Made by a program: the position numbers and the translations under genes
Shown: positions 19,974 to 28,139 of the stretch, in pieces
How positions within the stretch are numbered: position 1 is the stretch's first letter
How the letters are laid out: every line of letters begins with the position of its first letter
Assembly (NCBI GenBank): GCA_038922895.1
Contig: JBCKWF010000001.1
Span: 1-46,575, forward strand
DNA from: Gammaproteobacteria bacterium
Lineage (GTDB): Bacteria; Pseudomonadota; Gammaproteobacteria; Eutrophobiales; Eutrophobiaceae
DNA: 46,575 nucleotides
Direction of reading: 5' to 3'
The notes under the pieces: generated by a model
What the model saw: only the letters and a program-made list of their open reading frames with translations
What the model was told of the DNA's origin: nothing
Databases searched by the model: none

Positions 19974-20645
19974 ATGAACAAGTGGATGAGCAGAACTACA
20001 AGGCCCCTACTGGCCGTTGTGCTGTGTCTGGCGGCACTGGAAATGAGTCAGGCTGCCGAGCCTGAGCCGTTGGAGTTCAAGGGATCAAAAATGGGTTCGA
20101 GCGAGCAGGAGCTTAAGGAACTATATCCCAGTTCGTTTTTCCAGCCGGAGATTAATGAAGAACTATATCGCAGTTTGGGCGAGCGGTATAAGGCACTATA
20201 TCTCAGTTCGCACAGTTCGCGTGAAGTACCGCGCGTATTTTGCGAGAGTCCGGAGGATACTCAAGGTGATCGAGTCTGCCGCATTTCCGAGGCCACTATT
20301 GCCGCCGTTGCAGCAAGCACATACTTTACCTACTACTCCAATAGTCTAGCTTCGATATTGATAACATTTGAACAGCCAGAGGCAAACTTTGCTCCAGTGC
20401 TGGAGGCGCTTGTAGAGAAGTACGGACCGCCGACAAAGATCGAGCCAGATGAAGTGGTTACGGGCATGGGCGTAAAATATACCAACCAGACCGCCACCTG
20501 GTTCCTGCCGTCAGGCTCTATCACAGCACAGAAATATAACGGTGAAATTAGCGAGTCGATTGTGTACTTTTTGTCAACCATGGGGTTAGAGGAAAGTAAG
20601 CGCCGTAATGCCGAGCACGCCAAAGATGCCGCTAAAGACCTGTGA
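19974..20645 (+). CDS. hypothetical secreted protein (signal peptide), 223 aa
   Basis: N-terminal signal peptide MNKWMSRTTRPLLAVVLCLAALEMSQA|AEP. No family recognised. Bracketed by about 31-bp direct repeats. Confidence 0.6.
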   Translation: MNKWMSRTTRPLLAVVLCLAALEMSQAAEPEPLEFKGSKMGSSEQELKELYPSSFFQPEINEELYRSLGERYKALYLSSHSSREVPRVFCESPEDTQGDRVCRISEATIAAVAASTYFTYYSNSLASILITFEQPEANFAPVLEALVEKYGPPTKIEPDEVVTGMGVKYTNQTATWFLPSGSITAQKYNGEISESIVYFLSTMGLEESKRRNAEHAKDAAKDL

Positions 20646-20678
20646 AATGAGAGGCAAATTTAATTAATTATCTTGTGG
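20646..20678. repeat. direct repeat copy 2 (AATGAGAGGCAAATTTAATTAATTATCTTGTGG)
   Basis: See copy 1. It starts at the first base after the orf223 TGA stop codon (20643-20645). Confidence 0.9.
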
Positions 20679-20810
20679 CCCAGCCAGGCCGATAGCACTA
20701 CTTTTCACCCCCTAGTAACCCTGGCCAGGGACACTCCCGCAAGCGTAGCGCATCTGGTGGTAATACCGCACTTTTGTCTACGTGGTGGACTTTGGTGTAT
20801 ATTCAGGGAC

Positions 20811-21311
20811 ATGATTGACTGGTTTACTGGATACGTTGGCTATGATGCCTCTGGCCTGAAATTCGGTCGCTTTTTAGATATAGACAGCGACGGGCAAGTA
20901 CTGCGAGACCGGGACCGGTGGGAACAGCAAAGAGGTAGCTGGGAATCCGGATTACAGGTAACGCGTTCGCTTTCTACAGATGTCATGCGGCAGTCGAGAT
21001 ATCTCTGCTCACCCTCATGCTTAAAAATTTCTGGCAATCCATCAAAATTTCTTCAGGGTCACAATGTAGCAGGTCCTTCGGTCTCACTGCTCGGGCCAGT
21101 TTTACAAGCGACAGTTCGTCAGTTCGGCGTTGGAATTCGTCCGCGTGATGCAGATTCAAGAGTACTCCCCGCAGTTCATCGATCGCGAGTCGATATCACA
21201 ACGATGATTGACCTGGACACTCACAATTCAGTACACGAATGGTTACGCCTGGCTGAAACAAATACCCGTAGCTGGCACGGTCGCGCAATCGCTGATTCTG
21301 GTACTGTCTAA
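20811..21311 (+). pseudogene. N-terminal half of a replication initiation protein (phage gpII/X, Phage_CRI-like), truncated at the IS30-like end
   Basis: MIDWFTGYVGY..., KISGNPSKFLQGHNVAG and HRSRVDITTMIDL are hallmark blocks of this Rep family as I recall it. Similarity ends at ...ADSGTV, followed at once by a stop at the predicted IS30 terminus. The 46 codons before the ATG at 20811 look non-coding. Confidence 0.7.
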
Positions 21312-22362
21312 GGAGGGCGGTTCCAAGTGCAAAAAGTGCAGCGTGATGCTGCCTAAAATCAAATGCATCTGGCGTGAACAACTGCGCAGGACATTTGAAC
21401 CCCAACGATTTACGTGGTCGCGGGTTCAGTGACCAGGCAATCGCATCCAACTCCCTCTGCGTGACACCACTCAAATCTTTACCCTTGGGCAGGTACTCGC
21501 GCAGAAGTCCATGCGTGTTCTCATTGATGCCACGCTGCCAGGGACTATGCGGATCGGCACAATAAACTTTGCTGCCCGTTGCAGATGATCTGTCATTTGC
21601 TTGCCCTGAGCGTACGTCATCGACAAGCGCTTTTGTGCCTCAATACGCTTGAACGCTTTTCCAAACCCCTGCACTGCCAAAGCGGCGCTACTATCTTCCA
21701 TCCGGGCCAACACAGTAAACAAGGTGGTGCGCTCCACCAAGGTGCCTACCGCTGAACGATTGTGCGCCCCCTTGATCAGATCGCCTTCCCAATGACCCGG
21801 GGACAAGCGCTCCTCTATTTCTGGTGGACGATCATGAATGCTGACCATGTCAGGGCTACGTCCACGCCTGTCCTCACCTCGGGCACGCGGGCGTCGCTTG
21901 GCGTAACCAGCTAATTACTTCGGTACGCAGCTCGCCACGCGGCATTGCATAAATGGCCGTGTAGATGGTTTCGTGAGAAACCTGAAAGCTGGGAGTATCG
22001 GGATGCACGGCTGCTAGTGTGGCAGCAATCTGCTCCGGTGAATAACCCACGCACAGGTATTTTTTGACCTGTCCCCATAGCGCATTACCAGACCGCAGTT
22101 TGCACGGGGTACGTGGCTCTATAGCGCAGCGCTGGGCGCGTCGCTGTGCCTCATCAGATTTATAACCGCCCGCCGGCGAAGGTCTTCCCGCGCGCCGCGG
22201 CTCTTGTGGACGACTCCAGCCGTTACGTTGCAACTCGCGGCTCACTGTGCTGGTAGATCGACACAGCTCACGAGCGATCTCGCTAGCCTTGTAGCCTTGC
22301 GATAACCCTGTTTGAATCAGAGTGCGCTCTTCAATACTCAACTGCTTGTAGTGTTTTCCCAT
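21311..22362 (-). pseudogene. IS30-family transposase broken by two frameshifts into three ORF fragments
   Basis: HTH N-terminus MGKHYKQLSIEERTLIQTGLSQGYKASEIARELCRSTSTVSRELQRNGW (21874-22362). Middle fragment DMVSIHDRPPEIEERLSPGHWEGDLIKG (21471-21848). Manual reframing restores ...LRQ/RRPRARGEDRRG near 21905 and ...QRAA/KVYCADPHSPWQRGINENTHGLLREYLPKGKDLS near 21570. The last fragment reads on to 21196, past the predicted IS end. Confidence 0.8.
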
Positions 22363-22402
22363 GCAACATTATCATCCAGATATGCACTGCTGAATCTCGC
22401 CT
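21311..22402 (-). mobile_element. IS30-family insertion sequence, decayed (about 1.09 kb, boundaries approximate)
   Basis: Encloses the IS30 transposase fragments. Imperfect terminal inverted repeats: 21311 AGGAGGGCGGTTCCAAGTGCAAAAAGTG against the reverse complement of 22376-22402 AGGCGAGATTCAGCAGTGCATATCTG. I saw no matching flanking duplication. Confidence 0.6.
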
Positions 22403-22518
22403 ATGTATATCAAAAGGCAGGTGATGCAGCCAAGGCACAACAGTTACGGATTCAAAACGAGACTGCGCATTAACAACAGCACAGGTATGCTATCAAAAGA
22501 CGGGGAATCAGGATTGAC

Positions 22519-23304
22519 TTATAAACCAGCTTGCCATTGTATACGGGCACGACCTTGTTCTATTGGGCCCAGCAACGACAACAGGCCTTGGACTGAATCT
22601 GGCGCATCAGCAGCAACCCAGGCCTGGCCTGTAAACCGCAGTATACTACCGGCCGGATCCATACTAAGGTCGCCCTGTACACTTAATAGCGCATCTGCGG
22701 ACACGGTCTCGATCTTTCCCTGCACAGGCCCACCAGCAACGGTCTGTAACTGAATCGAGTAATTACCCAAAGGCCGATGTGTGTTCAATTGATCCAGTTG
22801 CAGTCCCTCTATATTCGCTGCGAACCTGCCTGTTGCAGGCAACTTGCGGTAATTACCGGCTAACGCATTGCCATTGAAAACAATTCGTCCGCGCGGACCA
22901 AACATGTTCAGTTCGGGTAAAAGCATCGACAATATTTGCACGGGCAGTGCGCCTTCAAGCTGTGGTAGCTGCCACCCGTCCCGATTCAGTATTAGCACAC
23001 CGCTGACTGCACCTTCATCAGGCACAAGCTCAAACTGCAGCCTTAGCCGGCCGAGCAACAACCACAGGATTGAAACCCTTACCTCAAAGGATTCAATCAG
23101 TAAGCTGCGCGTATCAGATAATCTGAAACTAAGGTTGTAAAAAACGGGATGAAACACTGTCCCGGTTACCTGCTGCCACTGTATATTTACCGGGATTTCA
23201 TCCCGGTACCGGTGCAGGACACGATCTGCCGGCAATTGTATCAAAAACGAAATCAAAAAAATCGCCGGCCCGGCGTACAATAATCGACGCCGGTACTGCA
23301 TCAT
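22519..23304 (-). CDS. gspN: type II secretion system protein N
   Basis: Last gene of the collinear gsp operon. One N-terminal TM (LLYAGPAIFLISFLIQL), about 260 aa. ATGA overlap with gspM. Confidence 0.75.
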   Translation of the reverse strand: MMQYRRRLLYAGPAIFLISFLIQLPADRVLHRYRDEIPVNIQWQQVTGTVFHPVFYNLSFRLSDTRSLLIESFEVRVSILWLLLGRLRLQFELVPDEGAVSGVLILNRDGWQLPQLEGALPVQILSMLLPELNMFGPRGRIVFNGNALAGNYRKLPATGRFAANIEGLQLDQLNTHRPLGNYSIQLQTVAGGPVQGKIETVSADALLSVQGDLSMDPAGSILRFTGQAWVAADAPDSVQGLLSLLGPIEQGRARIQWQAGL

Positions 23305-23810
23305 TGCGTAGTAGCTGGGATCAGTGACAGGCTTGCCTCAACCATACCAAGCTGGTCCTGCAAACGGCTGATACTGGCCAGACTGATTCGGGCAGCGGCC
23401 CGATTACGCAGCTGCAACAGAAATTCCATCAATTGCGCATACGCTACCTGCTCAAACCTGAGCAAAACTCCTTGCCCCGAGGCAGACCGCAGTTCACTGA
23501 CTTGCCCATGCACACCAGATTCACGCAACAGTTCTTCTACCAATGCAATGGTCAGGACTGCTTTCCCGGGGCTGGCAGGATCAGTTACACCGCGCAGTTG
23601 ACCTATTTCAGCGATCTGTGCCTGCATCCAGACCAGGTCCTCACGCAAGCCGGGTATTTCCGCCTCCACTTGTTCACGTCGCTGGATCGCCGGTCCAATC
23701 AACAACCAGGCAATCACAATCAGCAGCAGCACAGCCCCGGCTGCAAGCACGGATTTTTCCCGCGCTGCCCGCTGCTCCCACCAGGACAATACTCTTTCCT
23801 GTAACATCAC
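23301..23810 (-). CDS. gspM: type II secretion system protein M
   Basis: 169 aa with a single TM (VLAAGAVLLLIVIAWLLIGP). The position between gspL and gspN and 4-nt overlaps on both sides support the call. Confidence 0.8.
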   Translation of the reverse strand: MMLQERVLSWWEQRAAREKSVLAAGAVLLLIVIAWLLIGPAIQRREQVEAEIPGLREDLVWMQAQIAEIGQLRGVTDPASPGKAVLTIALVEELLRESGVHGQVSELRSASGQGVLLRFEQVAYAQLMEFLLQLRNRAAARISLASISRLQDQLGMVEASLSLIPATTQ

Positions 23811-25063
23811 ACCTGCCCACCCAGACGGATACGGCCATACACACGACCGTCCTTCAGTTCTGCATTTTCAATATCGACAGAAGTAAACTGTGCCAGTTGA
23901 CCCTGCAATAGTTCCAGAGACTCGTAATCGGCAACACTGACTTCCAGCGTGATACTACTGCCGTCAAAATTAATCATTTGTAACCGGGAGTCCGGATTTG
24001 CCACGAGCACCCCGGACAGCAGTTCCAGTCGAGCGAGCAAATCCAACCTGTTATTTCCAGACTGGCTGTTTTCTACCAGACTTTTGATCTCTTGCTCCAT
24101 CTGAAAGCGCGGGTCAACCAGGTTGTTTGCCGCAGGGAAGGCCTGACGATAAGTTGCTTCAATCGATTGCTGCAGTTGCAGATGTTCTGACTGAAGCTTC
24201 GCACCATTAACCAACCAGTGTATTGCACTGATCACAATCAGTACTGCCAGCATTACAGTCGCAGGCAGCAGCCTGTGCAGATTCAGGCCCTGCCGATCCC
24301 TGTTTGCATAAGGGCCTGTCAACAGATTCGTGCCCGGTTCAGGCAACGGCTGGCATGCCAGCCAGGCACTACGTGGGCGCTCATCTAGAAAGATATCAAG
24401 CTGAATATTACGTGACGTGAGCGCATCCGACCAGGCAGAGACTGTTTTATATTGCTGATGATCAGCGACCCGTACCCGTAATAATTGTGGTGGGGGATTG
24501 GCCTGTTCCAGCGCCAGCAACAGCGTCCCGATAGTCTGTGTGCCGGGCCCCCCTGCCAACACGGCCCCCTGTCGACCCGGCATTCTCAGTAGTAAGGGTG
24601 GCATACTCGCATCAATCAACCATACACCTGGATCCGGCGCGGGTATGGCAAGATAGTCCGGCACCAGCATACTTACTTGCCAGCCAGACTGTTTGCATTG
24701 TTCCAGCAGTCCGCCCAGGTACGCATGTTCAATCACCACGACCGGCACATCCTGTACACCTCTGTCCGTCTGCAGTGGGACCAGATGGTATGAGGCGGGC
24801 TCATGCAATAGTTGATCTTCGAGGGCAAACGGCAAGGCCTGCAGAAAACGCTTACGGTTGCGTACCGGCAGACTGACCTTATGTATACGGGCCCGATCTC
24901 CAGGCACACACAACACAAGTCTGGCACCTGCCGGGGCCGGTATCGCGGCAATCTCCGCACAACTGCCCTGTTGCCGCAGACCAGATTCGCCAGTAAAGCA
25001 ACGCGCCCAGTTTATGCCATTCGCATGCAGGCGCACCCACCAATATTCGCCACGTATGCTCAT
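23807..25063 (-). CDS. gspL: type II secretion system protein L
   Basis: 418 aa. Cytoplasmic actin-like N-domain, central TM (LLPATVMLAVLIVISAIHWLV) and periplasmic C-domain. Operon position fits. Confidence 0.8.
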   Translation of the reverse strand: MSIRGEYWWVRLHANGINWARCFTGESGLRQQGSCAEIAAIPAPAGARLVLCVPGDRARIHKVSLPVRNRKRFLQALPFALEDQLLHEPASYHLVPLQTDRGVQDVPVVVIEHAYLGGLLEQCKQSGWQVSMLVPDYLAIPAPDPGVWLIDASMPPLLLRMPGRQGAVLAGGPGTQTIGTLLLALEQANPPPQLLRVRVADHQQYKTVSAWSDALTSRNIQLDIFLDERPRSAWLACQPLPEPGTNLLTGPYANRDRQGLNLHRLLPATVMLAVLIVISAIHWLVNGAKLQSEHLQLQQSIEATYRQAFPAANNLVDPRFQMEQEIKSLVENSQSGNNRLDLLARLELLSGVLVANPDSRLQMINFDGSSITLEVSVADYESLELLQGQLAQFTSVDIENAELKDGRVYGRIRLGGQV

Positions 25064-25101
25064 ATTAATATAGTCTGTTATTTTCCATTACAGATGAAAG
25101 T

Positions 25102-26070
25102 CTAGCGTAACTCGCGGTTATGCCGCAGGATTACGGCCTGGCCCTGATCACGCCGATACAAGGTCGTCATCCGGTATACGACATTATCAAAACTCAACTG
25201 TGTGTGTGCGTTAAAAAACCGTGTCCCCAGGACCAGGCCCGGTGGGATCGGTTTGGTCTTGTCGCCAAGCATCTGCTCGGAGACAATATTCATATCCTCC
25301 ACAGGCTGTTGAGCCACTTTAGCTGTCCACACTTCCGCCAGCAGCATTGTCTGACCTGACAGCTCCCATTCCGTTACTGCAGCTGCCAGCACCTCGGTAC
25401 TGGCCGTATTAATATTAATGGGGGTCGATTCAGGTAAGGCGCTGACATAAGGCTCCAGTTTTTGCCAGACCTCCAGATCTACTCCACGAACCAGCCGCAG
25501 CTCAGCCGTATCTTCGAACGGGCGGTTTGCCGCAAAATAAGGCGTGGCCAGACTGATATAAAAAACATCCTCCGCGCCCCAGGGACCTGCAGTACTACTA
25601 TCCGCATCGATCCAGTCAGCCACAGCCTGGGCTATCCCGGGATTCAGTTCAAGGATCTGTAACAAACGCTCGAACTGCTGCATCGCCAGCGTATCCAGCT
25701 TGCCTTCTGCATCAACCAGATTGTTCAGATTAAACCGGGCCTGCAGGTCTTCCACCCATCCAAACAATACTCCCCATCCTGCCGGCAGCGGTGGCAGCGG
25801 TTGTGCCCACAGATCGGTCACAGCATCAAAACTGTTATCGTCCTGTTCGAGTATGCCGGCAATCCAGGCCTGTGCTGCCCTGGATGCCAGGTCCGCCTGG
25901 GCCAGTGCAGCACTGTTTTCCACCTGTCTCACCCAGACCTGGTTCGACAGTCCGATACGACTGACAATGGCCGTCAGTATCGCCACTATGAGCAAAATAG
26001 TTATCAGCGCCACACCGCGTTGGCGGACACTCAAATCAGTTTGCAGCGCCAACATTGAACACGCGTTCAT
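25102..26070 (-). CDS. gspK: type II secretion minor pseudopilin K
   Basis: N-terminal QRGVALITILLIVAILTAIVS hydrophobic segment typical of GspK, 322 aa. An alternative start at 26055 is possible. Confidence 0.85.
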   Translation of the reverse strand: MNACSMLALQTDLSVRQRGVALITILLIVAILTAIVSRIGLSNQVWVRQVENSAALAQADLASRAAQAWIAGILEQDDNSFDAVTDLWAQPLPPLPAGWGVLFGWVEDLQARFNLNNLVDAEGKLDTLAMQQFERLLQILELNPGIAQAVADWIDADSSTAGPWGAEDVFYISLATPYFAANRPFEDTAELRLVRGVDLEVWQKLEPYVSALPESTPININTASTEVLAAAVTEWELSGQTMLLAEVWTAKVAQQPVEDMNIVSEQMLGDKTKPIPPGLVLGTRFFNAHTQLSFDNVVYRMTTLYRRDQGQAVILRHNRELR

Positions 26071-26662
26071 AAGTTTGCTGGCTACCCAGCGTTAAGGTCA
26101 ATTGGACCGCTAGTGGCAAGCCAGCCGCTTGATCGGTTGCGGGAATGGTCGGCCAGGATGCATTCCACTGACGGGTGGTATCCAGAAATCGCAACTGGAT
26201 GTCTGTCACCTTATCAATGAGTTCGGCCTCTGTACCCTGTTCAGATTCCGGCATATTCAGTCGCGGCCAGGTTGTCCGATACAAGCTGCCTTCCCGCAGC
26301 CGGTAGGCTACACGCAGATGAGGACTGACCAGACCTGCACTATAGGATGCGTGGCCGCCCCTCGTAAATGACACTAACTCCCCTTGGGCTGCCGGGTTCG
26401 GTTCGCTGGCACCCACAAATGGGCGGACCGCATTCACTGGTATCCGTTGTGACAGGTTCCTGGCCTGATCAAAATCCTGTTGCAGCAGTATCATTATAGT
26501 ATCCAGCCGACGCCAGTATTGTCGTTTTTGCTGCAGGCCGTCCTGGATCGCGAGCCCCTGCTGCAGGCCGCTGTATCCCGCACCGGCCATCAGGATGAAT
26601 ATCGTCAACGCTACCAGGACCTCCAGCAGGGTCATACCCTGTTCGTATGAGCGATATTTCAT
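26036..26662 (-). CDS. gspJ: type II secretion minor pseudopilin J
   Basis: Prepilin-type N-terminus EQG|MTLLEVLVALTIFILMAG. 208 aa. ATGA overlap with gspI. Confidence 0.85.
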   Translation of the reverse strand: MKYRSYEQGMTLLEVLVALTIFILMAGAGYSGLQQGLAIQDGLQQKRQYWRRLDTIMILLQQDFDQARNLSQRIPVNAVRPFVGASEPNPAAQGELVSFTRGGHASYSAGLVSPHLRVAYRLREGSLYRTTWPRLNMPESEQGTEAELIDKVTDIQLRFLDTTRQWNASWPTIPATDQAAGLPLAVQLTLTLGSQQTYERVFNVGAAN

Positions 26663-27084
26663 CGCCGCCCCCGATCATCCGTTACATTTTCGAATGAAAC
26701 GGACCGGGTCGCAGGATTTTGCAGAAAACCCTGCAGGCTAATCAGCGCAGAATCTTCGTCCTTACCCACACTGACAGTAATGCTGCGCATTTGCGTCTGA
26801 CTGGTCTCTGCGATATGTTCGTTCCAGTACCAGGTCTGGCCACCCATCTGTTCAGATCCACTATAGGCACGCGTATCCGGCCATTCACCCATCACCTGGC
26901 GCATTGTAATCCGGTTCTGCGCGACCCAACGCGCGATAACCCTGTCCGGTAGCCCCTGACTGACGGCAATCCCCTGGGCAAGACCTTTCCATAATGCCGT
27001 CATCGCAATGACCATGACCATAAGTGCAACCAGGACTTCAAGCAAGGTAAAACCGGCTTGTCTCGAGCAGGCTCTGGTTTTCAC
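26659..27084 (-). CDS. gspI: type II secretion minor pseudopilin I
   Basis: Prepilin-type N-terminus QAG|FTLLEVLVALMVMVIAMTAL. 141 aa. Confidence 0.85.
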   Translation of the reverse strand: MKTRACSRQAGFTLLEVLVALMVMVIAMTALWKGLAQGIAVSQGLPDRVIARWVAQNRITMRQVMGEWPDTRAYSGSEQMGGQTWYWNEHIAETSQTQMRSITVSVGKDEDSALISLQGFLQNPATRSVSFENVTDDRGRR

Positions 27085-27584
27085 AGTTCCAGCACCCCGG
27101 CTTCCCCTACCGGACCCATTGCAACCACATATTCTCGCTGTTCACCTTGCAGTACCAGTCTGAATGAATCCTGTTCACCCGTTGGGAAAAGGTAAATCTC
27201 CCCGGGTACCGACAGGAATTGTCCGTTTATCTCCAGCTTGTCCAGCGTAACCGCCGATATCTGGTGATCGCCAGCGAACGGTTGCAGGGTGACGTCTACA
27301 AACTCATTTCCGGCAATCTGCAGAAAACGATAACTATGTTCGACCGGGTCGAGTATTACCTGCCATATCCTTGCTGACATCACGGCCTCTTCCCTGGCCT
27401 GATTTATTAACAGCACCATCCGGTTCGCAGCGGTGGCGGCATCCCGATTACGGTTATTGCCCAGCATTGGAACTACCATGCCGGCCAACACGGCGATGAT
27501 TACGATCACTGCCAGTAGTTCCAGTAAGGTAAAACCATGCGGCCGTGAGGTGTGAGGAGTAAGGAGTGAGAGGAACATTCGCAA
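27081..27584 (-). CDS. gspH: type II secretion minor pseudopilin H
   Basis: Prepilin-type N-terminus PHG|FTLLELLAVIVIIAVLAGMV. 167 aa. Confidence 0.85.
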   Translation of the reverse strand: MRMFLSLLTPHTSRPHGFTLLELLAVIVIIAVLAGMVVPMLGNNRNRDAATAANRMVLLINQAREEAVMSARIWQVILDPVEHSYRFLQIAGNEFVDVTLQPFAGDHQISAVTLDKLEINGQFLSVPGEIYLFPTGEQDSFRLVLQGEQREYVVAMGPVGEAGVLEL

Positions 27585-27592
27585 CCGGCCTT

Positions 27593-28030
27593 TCAGAGCT
27601 GCCAGGATCCGATATCGTCTTCATCTCCGCTACGACCATTCGGTCCAGGGCTGAATACATCCACATCAGCATGCTTGCCCGGTTGCAGATACAGGAATTG
27701 TTTGCCCCAGGGATCCTGCGGAATTTTCTCCATATAACGGTTCCAGCTGGGAGGTACCGGATCGGAACCGGGTCGCTCTACCAGCGCCTGCAGACCCTGA
27801 TTAGTAGTAGGATAAGCATGGTTATCAAGCTTGTACATATCGAGCGCGGAGCGAATCGCACGGATATTGCTTTGTGCCGCGCTGATACGGGCCTGATCGG
27901 GCCGGTCCATCACCCTCGGCACGACAACCGCCGCGAGGATACCCAGGATTACCACCACGACCATAAGCTCAATCAGGGTAAATCCGCGATTATAGTTCCG
28001 ACTGCCAGCGCAGGACGTCAACGTGATCAA
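27593..28030 (-). CDS. gspG: type II secretion major pseudopilin G
   Basis: NRG|FTLIELMVVVVILGILAAVVVPRVM...ARISAAQSNIRAIRSALDMYKLDN is classic GspG. No ATG lies near the cleavage motif. A TTG at 28030 sits 8 nt after an AAGGAG SD. The ORF-track start at 28090 would give a leader of about 35 aa. Confidence 0.88.
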   Translation of the reverse strand: MITLTSCAGSRNYNRGFTLIELMVVVVILGILAAVVVPRVMDRPDQARISAAQSNIRAIRSALDMYKLDNHAYPTTNQGLQALVERPGSDPVPPSWNRYMEKIPQDPWGKQFLYLQPGKHADVDVFSPGPNGRSGDEDDIGSWQL

Positions 28031-28139
28031 TATCCATTCTCCTTCGGGCAAAACCTGCATAGATAAATAAGTGAACTGGACCCGCAACAAATGCGGGAGC
28101 CAACCCGGGCTTGCGATGATTGATATATCTTTAACACGG

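Larger units (their letters stand above)
18672..21310 (+). mobile_element. remnant of a small Rep-encoding circular replicon (rolling-circle plasmid or filamentous-phage-like), circularly permuted
   Basis: The order is Rep C-half, orf156, orf223, Rep N-half, all on one strand and ending at the IS30-like element. The region looks more AT-rich than its flanks by eye (not computed). Confidence 0.6.

Noticed and set aside
21196-21310. C-terminal tail of the last IS30 transposase fragment (...QYQNQRLRDRASYGYLFQPGVTIRVLNCECPGQSSL)
   Set aside because: This stretch is clearly Rep-coding on the plus strand (HRSRVDITTMIDLDTHNSVHEWLRL...). The minus-strand reading is read-through beyond the IS terminus and not part of the native transposase.
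22403-22753. 116-aa plus-strand ORF starting just right of the IS30 end
   Set aside because: Two thirds of it is antisense to gspN. It has no SD and no motifs. It is most likely a chance ORF at the IS-chromosome junction.
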